The translations under genes and the position numbers were made by a program. A stretch of DNA of 52,921 bases from a virus. Its lineage: Duplodnaviria; Caudoviricetes. Positions 26,923 to 35,140 of this stretch are shown piece after piece (position 1 is the stretch's first letter; each line of letters begins with the position of its first letter). The stretch spans positions 1-52,921 of the IMG/VR virus record IMGVR_UViG_3300017910_000414. One strand, 5' to 3'. Under the pieces are notes generated by a model. That model did not search any database. It saw only the letters and a program-made list of their open reading frames with translations, and was not told the origin of the DNA.

Positions 26923-27603
26923 ATGGTTACTGTCGCCTGCGTGTATTGGGGTAACAAGTTTTCAAAAGATTATGTGTACAATCTAAAGGCTGCGGTCGAG
27001 CGGAATTCGACGGTACCACATCGATTCGTTTGTTTAACGGATCAGGTATTAGACGGAATAGAGACTTTGATTCTGCGGCCAGGCTTAGAGGGATGGTGGA
27101 ACAAGATACAATTGTTCGACGGTAGGCTCAAAGGTCGCCTAGTATACTTAGATCTAGACACTGTAATAGTGGACAATATAGACTGGTTACTACAGTATGA
27201 CGGACTGTTTGCTGGCATTGAGGATTTAGGTTGCGTTAACGCACATCAACCGTACCTTAAAGGTAAACTGCAAAGTGGTGTAATGGCATGGGATTCAGTA
27301 GAGGCAGATTGGATATGGAATGATTTTACTTTTCGCAAAGGCCTTGTGATATCTGCATTTAGAGGTGACGGTGAGTATTTAGAAACCATAATACCTACAG
27401 GTAGACGTACTTTATTGCAACGGTTATTTCCACAAAAGATAAAATCTTATAAGTATGATGTGTACCCAGATAAATACAAGGGTACTTCTATTATTTGTTT
27501 TCACGGTCGTCCGAGCATTATTCAAGCTATGACAGAAACCGTGAAGACTACCATGGCAACTTACGAACCACAAGAGTGGGTAAGTAAGTATTGGAGGAGA
27601 TGA
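26923..27603 (+). CDS. GT-A glycosyltransferase
   Basis: VACVYWGNKF, FVCLTD, WWNKIQLF, YLDLDTVI, GDGEYL, ICFHGRP. Confidence 0.8.
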   Translation: MVTVACVYWGNKFSKDYVYNLKAAVERNSTVPHRFVCLTDQVLDGIETLILRPGLEGWWNKIQLFDGRLKGRLVYLDLDTVIVDNIDWLLQYDGLFAGIEDLGCVNAHQPYLKGKLQSGVMAWDSVEADWIWNDFTFRKGLVISAFRGDGEYLETIIPTGRRTLLQRLFPQKIKSYKYDVYPDKYKGTSIICFHGRPSIIQAMTETVKTTMATYEPQEWVSKYWRR

Positions 27604-27604
27604 T

Positions 27605-28069
27605 ATGTTAAGCGGTATTTTAGGATCTATATTAGGTTTCGGTAGTTCAGTTGTACCCGCCATCACCGACCACTTCAAAACGAAGAAGGCGATGGAATTT
27701 GAACTCAAAAAGATGGAAAAGATGGCCGAACTCAAAAAGGCAGGGTACGATCACGAAATTCAGCAGTTTCGGGAAATGGGACTGCATAAAGAACAACAGG
27801 CGTTGATCGAACACGACATCGCCATCACAAAAGGAACAGGGTTCATCTCCGGTCTACAGAAGTCTGTGCGACCAGTGATCACCTACTGTTTCTTTATTTT
27901 ATTTGCAGCGATTGAATATACGTTGCTACAGAGTGCACTAGAAAGTGGTATGGAGCTTTCTGAGGCACTCAATACACTATGGGACGATGATACAAAGGCG
28001 ATCTTCGCTGCGATCATCTCGTTTTGGTTCGGGTCACGAGCGGTCGAAAAGGCACGTTCGCAAATTTAA
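27605..28069 (+). CDS. holin-like membrane protein (3TM GTA-holin-like)
   Basis: SVRPVITY...IISFWFGSR motifs. Confidence 0.7.
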   Translation: MLSGILGSILGFGSSVVPAITDHFKTKKAMEFELKKMEKMAELKKAGYDHEIQQFREMGLHKEQQALIEHDIAITKGTGFISGLQKSVRPVITYCFFILFAAIEYTLLQSALESGMELSEALNTLWDDDTKAIFAAIISFWFGSRAVEKARSQI

Positions 28070-28081
28070 CAAGGATATATT

Positions 28082-28300
28082 ATGAAAACCCTACGTAATC
28101 GTATGATCGATGCGACCATCGCTCATGCAAAAGGAAAGATCGCCCTACACAAAGCAAACGTGGAGGTCTATCTAACTAACCCAGCGGGTATCGGTGAACA
28201 TTCAGACGTAATGGAGGCTCTGGAACACGAGCTTAAGCAAGTCGCCGAGTATCTAGACATCTTGGAGGTTGCTCACTCAATCGTTCCCGATTCGGAGTAA
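28082..28300 (+). CDS. conserved phage hypothetical protein
   Basis: HKANVEVYL.NPAGIGEHSD motif. Confidence 0.75.
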   Translation: MKTLRNRMIDATIAHAKGKIALHKANVEVYLTNPAGIGEHSDVMEALEHELKQVAEYLDILEVAHSIVPDSE

Positions 28301-28636
28301 ATGTACGAATACAAAGCAATAGTTAGAAGGTGGGTTGATGGCGACACTGTTGATGTTGATATCGATCTTGGGTTTGGTCTTGTTTATAGCAATCAGCGCG
28401 TCCGTCTATATGGGATTGATGCATACGAAACAAGAACCCGTGATCTTGAAGAAAAAAGACGGGGACTTGATGCTAAGTCTTTTGTCGAAGATGTGGCTCC
28501 CATAGGTTCAGAAATAATTCTAAAGACTTACAAAGAAGGCAAGTACGGTAGAATACTCGGCGAAATATTTGTCGAAGGTAAAAACCTTAACTCCTGGCTC
28601 ACACACGAAGGACATGCGACTCGTTATGAAAAATAA
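28301..28636 (+). CDS. thermonuclease (SNase-family)
   Basis: VDGDTVDVDIDLGF, RVRLYGIDA.E, GKYGRILG. Confidence 0.88.
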   Translation: MYEYKAIVRRWVDGDTVDVDIDLGFGLVYSNQRVRLYGIDAYETRTRDLEEKRRGLDAKSFVEDVAPIGSEIILKTYKEGKYGRILGEIFVEGKNLNSWLTHEGHATRYEK

Positions 28637-28982
28637 ACTCATCCTTTCTTTATTGTTTTTATTACTTGTGTCATGTGACGTACCTGAAAAAACAATCACG
28701 AAAACACACGATGTCACTGATCAGTATGTCGATATACGTGTCATGACCTTCGAGTCTTCATCGCAATTAAATAAATTTTTAGAACTCAAGGCATACTCAG
28801 ACCAAGAGGTTGATGGGCTTGCTCGATGGTTTCATCCAAAAGACGATACGACAATCGTCAAGCGTTGCGATATATATGTGGTAGAACCGTCAGGAGTTCG
28901 TGATACAAATACTTTAGAAACTTGGGGACATGAACTAGCGCATTGCATATATGGTTCGTATCATAAAGAAGGTGAGAGATGA
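28626..28982 (+). CDS. lipoprotein with HExxH zinc-metallopeptidase motif
   Basis: MKNKLILSLLFLLLVS-C lipobox; WGHELAHC.YG..H. Confidence 0.7.
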   Translation: MKNKLILSLLFLLLVSCDVPEKTITKTHDVTDQYVDIRVMTFESSSQLNKFLELKAYSDQEVDGLARWFHPKDDTTIVKRCDIYVVEPSGVRDTNTLETWGHELAHCIYGSYHKEGER

Positions 28983-29641
28983 AACGCGTAAACGTATTAG
29001 GTAATGGAGATCACGCAGGTCTTTTCAAAAGAGGTTCGCCTGGCGATCTTCTGGTGTGTAATATGCCTCCTATCATGTTACCATCGAACGAAGTATACGC
29101 GTCGTGCATGGTTGACTTCAAAATGATGAAGGCGTTACAAGATAATCAAGTCAACCTTGATAGGTATGATTGGGTCTTGGGTAAGCGTCCACGTCGTTGG
29201 ATGGAGAAGCAAGCTGCATTTTATCTAAAGTATTCTCCGAACATTAAGTCGTTTCACACTTATATACCACCTTATGCTCAACTACCTGGCCACAAACTCG
29301 AAGAGGCGGCATCAAACTATTCCTGTGGTCATATGGCAGTAGACTATGCTTGTCGAGTCATGAGGGCAACCGAAGTTCATATGTACGGGTTCGATGCAAT
29401 GTTCGACATGAACCTGAATAGTTACAGTGATAAGTATTTAAAGAGCGACAGATCTCCACTTAATGTGCATCGCATGTCTAGCAATTGGAGACCGATATGG
29501 AGGTCTTTCTTCTCAGAATTCAGTAACGTTCAATTTGTAATACATCATGGGCATGACGATATCAAACTAAAACTACCACCGAATGCCCGAGTAGAAGTGG
29601 GGACTTTAAAAGAATGGACAAAAGATTCAGATACGCCATAA
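28979..29641 (+). CDS. putative nucleotide-sugar transferase-like protein (GT29/GT42/Maf-like motifs)
   Basis: VLGNG, SCGHMAVDYA, EVHMYGFD motifs. Confidence 0.5.
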   Translation: MKRVNVLGNGDHAGLFKRGSPGDLLVCNMPPIMLPSNEVYASCMVDFKMMKALQDNQVNLDRYDWVLGKRPRRWMEKQAAFYLKYSPNIKSFHTYIPPYAQLPGHKLEEAASNYSCGHMAVDYACRVMRATEVHMYGFDAMFDMNLNSYSDKYLKSDRSPLNVHRMSSNWRPIWRSFFSEFSNVQFVIHHGHDDIKLKLPPNARVEVGTLKEWTKDSDTP

Positions 29642-29745
29642 CATTCATTAAGTACACTATCGAAGATTTCATATACGTATGGGAAGATAGACCGAATGTT
29701 TTAATATGGTGTGCAATTGCAGGATTTATTCTATATTGGATATAA
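29614..29745 (+). CDS. small membrane peptide (43 aa)
   Basis: Manual translation MDKRFRYAITF...VLIWCAIAGFILYWI. Confidence 0.45.
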   Translation: MDKRFRYAITFIKYTIEDFIYVWEDRPNVLIWCAIAGFILYWI

Positions 29746-29765
29746 AAAGGGGGCTTGCGCCCCCT
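29744..29765 (-). terminator. Rho-independent terminator between convergent genes
   Basis: AGGGGGC-TTGC-GCCCCCT with A-run on the left (T-run on minus strand). Confidence 0.8.
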
Positions 29766-29792
29766 CTGTGTTTCTTACTGTCGGGTAAGTTC

Positions 29793-30644
29793 CTAGAATA
29801 CTGAGATCATCTTACTCATAATGTGGTATTCTTCTGGACGGCCACCGCCGGTCTTAACATCATCATCCCATGTTGAACGAATGGAAAATGCGACATCCAC
29901 CATAGTTGTAGTGTCTTTTTCTTCTCCATTAAACCACTTCACTGAAGATGGTAGACCATAATAGATGTCTACCATCTCAAAGTCTTCTGTGCACATTGGC
30001 GCAAATATTTCTCTTACTTGGTCCTCTTCAAAACCGATTCCTTTATCGGTCATTGGTACACCAAGAAATACAACTGCATCGAACTTTTCATGATCACCAT
30101 CTAGTGACCATGTATCTTGTCCGTGCTTATACTGTTGAGAACATCCGATTGAGTTCTCAATCATTCCTACTGATTCGTATAGAGAGTGCATGGCACCTTT
30201 ATGCTTAGACTCTGGTGGACGTGGAATGACGAAAGACGCATCGTATCCCATTGCTTTGAAAACAAGCGGGATAAACTGAGCTACGATGTTCATGTCTGGG
30301 AATGTCTGCATGTCTTCACGTTCTTCTGGTAGAACATCAATCATACGACTAGAAAACTTATCTAACATCCAGTGAGTCTGGTGATCATTGTAATGACCAA
30401 CAAATAGGATGTTCTTATATCCACGAGACATGAGTGCATTACAGAACATAGGAGCACGATTGAATGCTTCTTCAATAACATTTACTTCATCGTTCTTGTA
30501 ACGCAGGTACTTACCTTGATTGATTGTAACATTTTTAGCCACAGAATTTAAATATGTGACTAATGCCATTTTTTTAGAACCGCTGAAAAAAGAAGCGGTA
30601 TTACCATCTTTTAAAATTATTTCATTTTGGTCGTTAAAAAACAT
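29793..30644 (-). CDS. hypothetical protein
   Basis: 283 aa ORF under a minus-strand late promoter. Confidence 0.7.
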   Translation of the reverse strand: MFFNDQNEIILKDGNTASFFSGSKKMALVTYLNSVAKNVTINQGKYLRYKNDEVNVIEEAFNRAPMFCNALMSRGYKNILFVGHYNDHQTHWMLDKFSSRMIDVLPEEREDMQTFPDMNIVAQFIPLVFKAMGYDASFVIPRPPESKHKGAMHSLYESVGMIENSIGCSQQYKHGQDTWSLDGDHEKFDAVVFLGVPMTDKGIGFEEDQVREIFAPMCTEDFEMVDIYYGLPSSVKWFNGEEKDTTTMVDVAFSIRSTWDDDVKTGGGRPEEYHIMSKMISVF

Positions 30645-30647
30645 TGG

Positions 30648-30902
30648 TTAGGATCCCTTATAGATGTTTTGAATGAATGACTCGAACTGTTCGATTTTCT
30701 CAAGACGATTAGGCCACAAGATGTATTCCTTTTCAGGATTCAACTTGAGGTTAGTCAGTAGCGGTTGTATTGCATTGAATAGTCTATCCAGACGTTCCTG
30801 TGTATCGTCCGCGATTTCGGACGTTACTTCAAGTTGCTGGAAGGCCTCGAGTTCAGACTCGTCTACTGCAGTGAAACCAAAATCAAATAATTCGTTAGAC
30901 AT
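30648..30902 (-). CDS. conserved T4-like phage hypothetical protein
   Basis: FDFGFTAVDE.EL...PLL.NL..NPEKEYILWPNR motif; ATG at 30902. Confidence 0.75.
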   Translation of the reverse strand: MSNELFDFGFTAVDESELEAFQQLEVTSEIADDTQERLDRLFNAIQPLLTNLKLNPEKEYILWPNRLEKIEQFESFIQNIYKGS

Positions 30903-30907
30903 AGTTT

Positions 30908-30915
30908 TATTTATA
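30908..30915 (-). promoter_or_regulatory. T4-type late promoter
   Basis: TATAAATA on minus strand. Confidence 0.75.
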
Positions 30916-30924
30916 CAAAAAAGT

Positions 30925-30953
30925 TTGACAAGTTGCATATTGCCTGTTACAAT
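30925..30953 (+). promoter_or_regulatory. sigma70 promoter, divergent from the late promoter
   Basis: TTGACA-17nt-TACAAT with extended TG. Confidence 0.75.
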
Positions 30954-30982
30954 ATGCTAACCTAATGGGGGATAATATAGCT

Positions 30983-31549
30983 ATGAACATTTTTGTACTC
31001 AATGAAAACCCTGTCATCGCTGCACAAGAACAGTGTGACAAACATGTTGTCAAGATGATTGTCGAGTCTGCGCAGATGCTTTCAACCGCACATCGTATGC
31101 TCGATGGCCAAGTATACCGCAAACCATCTAAGTCTGGCAAGACCATGATCAAATATTACGATCATCCAGATCTAGACGACAAACTCTACAAAGCCGTCCA
31201 CCACGGACACCCGTGTACCGTCTGGACGATGGAATCCGTTTGTAACTATATCTGGCACTACAAACATTTTATTGCGTTGTGTGATGAGTATATGTATCGC
31301 TATGATAAACGTCACTTGACAGACACACTCCTACGTGATATATTACGTACTCCGCCGGCGCGTATACCGCACGTCGAGCGTACGCCGTTCAAGTTGGCCA
31401 TGGGTTCTAACCCTGAGTGCATGATGTCTGATCCTGTTGCATCGTATCGTGCGTTTTATCAGACCAAGCAAGAGCGGTTTACTATGGCGTGGACTAATCG
31501 TCCCGTCCCATCATGGTTTGAGGTGAAAAATGATAGACAAAGTGCTTGA
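30983..31549 (+). CDS. pyrimidine-dimer DNA glycosylase (DenV)-like family protein
   Basis: MNIF.L......AA...CDKHVVKMIVESAQMLSTAH, HPC..W, YR.FY...K. Confidence 0.7.
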   Translation: MNIFVLNENPVIAAQEQCDKHVVKMIVESAQMLSTAHRMLDGQVYRKPSKSGKTMIKYYDHPDLDDKLYKAVHHGHPCTVWTMESVCNYIWHYKHFIALCDEYMYRYDKRHLTDTLLRDILRTPPARIPHVERTPFKLAMGSNPECMMSDPVASYRAFYQTKQERFTMAWTNRPVPSWFEVKNDRQSA

Positions 31550-31700
31550 AATCTTAGAAGAAGAAATTCAGAGAATTGTGACAGAGATACATGCTCTTCC
31601 GATTGATAATACACAGCCTAATACTAAACTGCATTTTTTGACAGTGGAGTTGGGTGCATTACAAACTATTAAAAATAGAATTAAGAGTGAACTTTTATGA
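31530..31700 (+). CDS. small hypothetical protein (56 aa)
   Basis: Manual translation MIDKVLEILEEEIQ...; GAGGTG SD; ATGA overlap downstream. Confidence 0.6.
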   Translation: MIDKVLEILEEEIQRIVTEIHALPIDNTQPNTKLHFLTVELGALQTIKNRIKSELL

Positions 31701-31990
31701 TACATGGATCGATGAGACATACCCCTAGCGGACGGAAGAAAACATACAATGCATGGGGAGCTCCGCGCAAAAAAGTATTCAAGTCTACGGCAAAGATGCC
31801 TTCTTACACTTATCGTGGGTGTGATGAGCACATTCCGTCTAATGACTCAATGGTTGGTTCTACTGCCAAGGTTGAGCCACAAAAGTATACGGGGACACTC
31901 GTAAAGGGTATCGGAACTATGCATAAGTCAAATGCAGTTCCGGTAATTGATGACCAACAGATGAAAGACTTAGCGTCAATGAGGAGATGA
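31697..31990 (+). CDS. conserved phage hypothetical protein
   Basis: YTGTLVKGIGTMHKSNAVPV...MRR motif. Confidence 0.75.
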   Translation: MIHGSMRHTPSGRKKTYNAWGAPRKKVFKSTAKMPSYTYRGCDEHIPSNDSMVGSTAKVEPQKYTGTLVKGIGTMHKSNAVPVIDDQQMKDLASMRR

Positions 31991-31991
31991 C

Positions 31992-32189
31992 ATGGAAGGA
32001 ATATCACCATTTTTAGTAATTTTGTTTTTAGGTAGCGTGTTCATTGGTTCAATGGGAATCATAATTCGAATTGATAGTATCAAGCACGAGCGAAACCTTG
32101 CTAAGATTGATCGCGACTACTGGAAAAAGATGTATGAGATAGAGCGCGGCCGTCGAGACATCGCAGAACTACCCAACAATCTCAGGTAA
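31992..32189 (+). CDS. small membrane-anchored protein
   Basis: N-terminal hydrophobic helix; GAGGAG SD. Confidence 0.6.
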   Translation: MEGISPFLVILFLGSVFIGSMGIIIRIDSIKHERNLAKIDRDYWKKMYEIERGRRDIAELPNNLR

Positions 32190-32264
32190 TGTGAAAAATT
32201 ACCGAAAAAAAGTTCACTTATTTCGAAAATAAGCCTTGACTTTATTTTATTCGCCAGTTATACT
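32189..32264 (+). promoter_or_regulatory. early sigma70 promoter cassette (near-copy of 11766-11842)
   Basis: TTGACT 32236-32241, 17 nt, TATACT 32259-32264; shared upstream sequence. Confidence 0.8.
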
Positions 32265-32294
32265 AGCTGTGTAAAGTGAGTTGAGAGAGAAGAA

Positions 32295-32426
32295 ATGATC
32301 AAATTGAAACCCGCAAGTCCCCAGAGATTCGTCGAAGTGATCTTAGGTCAGGCCATCTTTTGGGTGTTCCTTTACACTACGATGGCAATCGCTTCTGGTC
32401 TCCCAGTTGAACCCTACGTCTACTAA
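32295..32426 (+). CDS. small membrane peptide (43 aa)
   Basis: Manual translation MIKLKPASPQRFVEVILGQAIFWVFLY...; first ORF after promoter. Confidence 0.55.
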   Translation: MIKLKPASPQRFVEVILGQAIFWVFLYTTMAIASGLPVEPYVY

Positions 32427-32435
32427 GGATCTATC

Positions 32436-32735
32436 ATGTTGAAATTTGAAAACACTGCGAACGTCGGAGACAAGATCCGCGCATATGACTTTGAACCGAT
32501 GCCCGATCGTCCCGATTCCTACCTCGTTGGTGAAGTGCTTGAGAAAGGCCCGATTTACGCGAAGCCCCACTACACCGCTGACCGTGAGGTCTACATGTGT
32601 GACGGGTACACCGTCTTCGTCAAGGACTCTGTGACGGGTTCTGTAGAACATGACATGCAACGTGTGGGTAGCATCATGTATGTGCCGTTTGAGATGGCGA
32701 TGTCCGATTTTGATAACCGTGTGGAGGTGATTTAA
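32436..32735 (+). CDS. early hypothetical protein
   Basis: VGD.IRAYDF.PM..R.D motif; AAGGA SD. Confidence 0.7.
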   Translation: MLKFENTANVGDKIRAYDFEPMPDRPDSYLVGEVLEKGPIYAKPHYTADREVYMCDGYTVFVKDSVTGSVEHDMQRVGSIMYVPFEMAMSDFDNRVEVI

Positions 32736-33205
32736 TGAGTGCTACGTTTGAGCGAATCTGGGAAGAACTGGTTCCTAGAGAAGGTAAGTGCGACACTGTC
32801 GCAGGTGAGATGGTTCGTGCCGCAGGTCGTTTGCGTTACGACTTCTACAACAACGGGATGGGTAATAACACATCCGGTGCCCTGAAGTTCCTACGTGAGA
32901 AGGGTGCGATCGACAAGGAGTTGTTCGAGTACGTCCGACCCTACACGACGGGCCGCACCTACTCCGGTAAATACGAGAACGATCTGTTCCACATCGCAAT
33001 CGACCGCATCGTTGAGATGACCACCAAGATGGTGACTTTCAACCCGCAGTTGATGACGATGGAGAACACCGAAGACATGTTCGACTACTCTGATGAGGAT
33101 CTCGACGAGACATGTCCAGAGTGTTCGGGTTACGGCTATGACGACTACGCGGATGAAGATTGTTACTTCTGTGACGGCACCGGACACGTTGGAGAGTGGG
33201 TATAA
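32735..33205 (+). CDS. hypothetical protein with C-terminal CxxCxGxG zinc finger
   Basis: LVP..GKCDTVAGE.VRA...YD.YNNG; CPECSGYG...CYFCDGTG. Confidence 0.75.
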   Translation: MSATFERIWEELVPREGKCDTVAGEMVRAAGRLRYDFYNNGMGNNTSGALKFLREKGAIDKELFEYVRPYTTGRTYSGKYENDLFHIAIDRIVEMTTKMVTFNPQLMTMENTEDMFDYSDEDLDETCPECSGYGYDDYADEDCYFCDGTGHVGEWV

Positions 33206-33216
33206 GTGTTTAGGTT

Positions 33217-33266
33217 TTGGTCACTATAGTTACCAATTGTTGGAGTTTTGGAAACTATAGTGTCCA
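33217..33266. repeat. two tandem near-palindromes with ACTATAGT cores 31 bp apart
   Basis: TTGGTCACTATAGTTACCAA and TGGAAACTATAGTGTCCA. Confidence 0.75.
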
Positions 33267-33286
33267 TTTTAGATACATCGGTTAAG

Positions 33287-33346
33287 AGGGGAGTCGGTCT
33301 TGCGAAGATTCCGACTGACAGGTATGTGGATCGCTCCCCTATTTTT
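33287..33346 (+). other. branched stem-loop / terminator-like structure
   Basis: AGGGGAG...CTCCCCT outer stem with inner AGTCGG/CCGACT hairpin, then ATTTTT. Confidence 0.5.
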
Positions 33347-33351
33347 AAAAT

Positions 33352-33405
33352 TGTGACAAATTACCAAAAATAGTTCTTGCATATTTTCGAAACATGTGCG
33401 ATAAT
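33352..33405 (+). promoter_or_regulatory. early sigma70 promoter cassette
   Basis: TGTGACAAATTACC upstream motif; TTGCAT-17nt-GATAAT. Confidence 0.65.
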
Positions 33406-33433
33406 AGCTGTGTTGAATGAGAGGAGAGATGTT

Positions 33434-33679
33434 ATGGAGAATTTGAAAGGTCGTGTCGTCCAGATTAACTCTGGTGGAACAACCCGCCTTGGTGAGGTCA
33501 TTGGTGATCGTGGTGAACAGGTTGCGGTCTACTTCCCGCCGATCAGTAGTGCTGATGATTCTGAAGTCAAGTACCTTGCCAAGTGGAGACTGCTCACTAG
33601 TGAGTATTACTTCGGCGATGTCCCTAGTGCGATGGGTGTCTACCTCATCGCTAAACCAATCATAGAGGAGTGTGCGTAA
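33434..33679 (+). CDS. early hypothetical protein
   Basis: GAGGAG SD before ATG 33434. Confidence 0.65.
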   Translation: MENLKGRVVQINSGGTTRLGEVIGDRGEQVAVYFPPISSADDSEVKYLAKWRLLTSEYYFGDVPSAMGVYLIAKPIIEECA

Positions 33680-33870
33680 TGTCTAAGATCGGAAACTACG
33701 TACTGGCAGTTCAAGAAATCGTTGACCCTATGGTTTATAACGGTGCCAGCAATGCCGCTATCATTAAAGCGGTGAAGGCAATCTGTCCGGACGCACCGGA
33801 TATGTACATCCAACAAAAAATCATTGAGGTAAAGTTGAATCGTGAAGAGTTGGAGGTGCATAGTGACTGA
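33679..33870 (+). CDS. hypothetical protein
   Basis: GAGGAG SD, TAATG coupling. Confidence 0.65.
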   Translation: MSKIGNYVLAVQEIVDPMVYNGASNAAIIKAVKAICPDAPDMYIQQKIIEVKLNREELEVHSD

Positions 33871-34039
33871 ATACATCTGGCGTAATTACTTGGTCGAGTT
33901 CACCAAGTATGGTAAACGAGTGGTCGAGTCACTGACCTATCTTGATGTTGTCGGTGAACCCGAACGTCGAATCGGTGATGCGGTAACCGTTATAGTTAAC
34001 AAAGAGAAACGACTTGGTATCGTTTTGGGAATTGGATAA
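33863..34039 (+). CDS. hypothetical protein
   Basis: GGAGG SD before GTG 33863. Confidence 0.55.
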   Translation: MTEYIWRNYLVEFTKYGKRVVESLTYLDVVGEPERRIGDAVTVIVNKEKRLGIVLGIG

Positions 34040-34047
34040 GGAGACCT

Positions 34048-34368
34048 ATGCCTAAAATCATTAAGTTAAATTTCACTAAGAAGGTGCGTTACATCTTTGA
34101 CAGAGAGACTGAGGAAAACATTCAGTTGAGCGAGAAGGTGACTGATCACTTTGGATCATTCATCAACAACTCGTGGGAGATGTCGGACGTGAAGCGCTTC
34201 CACAAAGCACTCCGTGAGTGTGGACTATCTGTCGAGGAGTTCCTATCCAAAGAATGGCCTGCCCCTAAAAAGAAGGCCCCGACTAAAAGAAAGACGCCAA
34301 CTAAAAAGAAGGTGGCTGCCAAGAAAGCTCCGGTCAAGAAAAAAACCACTACAAGGAAAAAGAAATAA
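34048..34368 (+). CDS. protein with histone H1-like Lys/Ala/Pro-rich tail
   Basis: PAPKKKAPTKRKTPTKKKVAAKKAPVKKK; AAGGAG SD. Confidence 0.7.
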   Translation: MPKIIKLNFTKKVRYIFDRETEENIQLSEKVTDHFGSFINNSWEMSDVKRFHKALRECGLSVEEFLSKEWPAPKKKAPTKRKTPTKKKVAAKKAPVKKKTTTRKKK

Positions 34369-34961
34369 TGCGGAATGCTGCATACCGAAGAGCAATTGAC
34401 GCGGGTCTGACTACCTCCCAGGCCTATAAGTATTCTGATTACTACCGTCGTAAGACGGTCCTACCAAAACGCGATAGCGAGAAAAGTAAAACCTACACCG
34501 CCGAGTGGAAACTCGAAAACGAACACCCTGACTTGATTGGTCCATTAAAAGAGTTTAAAGACGTTGAGAAGTTTGTGAAACAAGTGACTGCATCCAAGAC
34601 GTGGAGTAAGGTGTCCCGTTATCACGGCAAGGTGCGAGTCGTTCAGTCACGTAACATGGGAAGTCGCGCGGCCTACATGGGCAGGTCACACGGATCATGG
34701 ATCGAGATCTCACCTGCGTTCGGTTTTAACAAATACATCGTCTTGCACGAACTAGCACACAGTGCGGGATTCAGTCACCATCACGTGACCTTTCGACAGA
34801 CACTATTAAAGTTGGTGTCAAGATTCCTTGGTCGAGAGACCGCCGCGATCCTCAAGGCGAACTTCAAGGAGCAGGGGTTGCGAGTGACTCCTGCAAAACC
34901 TAAAGATCCGGTTGCATGGTTGGAGGCTGTTAAACGTGCACCCATTATGCAGAGTGCATAA
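34368..34961 (+). CDS. HExxH zinc metalloprotein (SprT/zincin-like)
   Basis: IVLHELAH......HH..F. Confidence 0.75.
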   Translation: MRNAAYRRAIDAGLTTSQAYKYSDYYRRKTVLPKRDSEKSKTYTAEWKLENEHPDLIGPLKEFKDVEKFVKQVTASKTWSKVSRYHGKVRVVQSRNMGSRAAYMGRSHGSWIEISPAFGFNKYIVLHELAHSAGFSHHHVTFRQTLLKLVSRFLGRETAAILKANFKEQGLRVTPAKPKDPVAWLEAVKRAPIMQSA

Positions 34962-35000
34962 AAAAGTATTTGTATATTCCAAAATAATCTAAAAAAGTAC

Positions 35001-35028
35001 TTGACTTTATTTTTAAAACATGTATAAT
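35001..35028 (+). promoter_or_regulatory. sigma70 promoter
   Basis: TTGACT-16nt-TATAAT with upstream A-tracts. Confidence 0.7.
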
Positions 35029-35043
35029 ATGTATTGAGAGTTG

Positions 35044-35140
35044 GGGAGATCTGGACTCTCGACTAGGAACCTTCGGGGTTCACTGCTTGTCCGCTGGACA
35101 TCTGGAGTCGGAATAGGAACTACTGTTCACTGCTTCTCCC
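35044..35140 (+). ncRNA. candidate structured ncRNA or leader with internal two-fold repeat
   Basis: GGGAGA/TCTCCC closing stem; duplicated ATCTGGA, TAGGAAC-loop-GTTCACTGCTT units; promoter upstream, T-run downstream. Confidence 0.55.

Noticed and set aside
35078-35135. GTTCACTGC twice, matching the start of type I-F CRISPR repeats (mini-array or RNA anti-CRISPR)
   Set aside because: Only 9 nt match; the CTGCC/GGCAG stem and the rest of the 28-nt repeat are missing, and there is no array or cas gene
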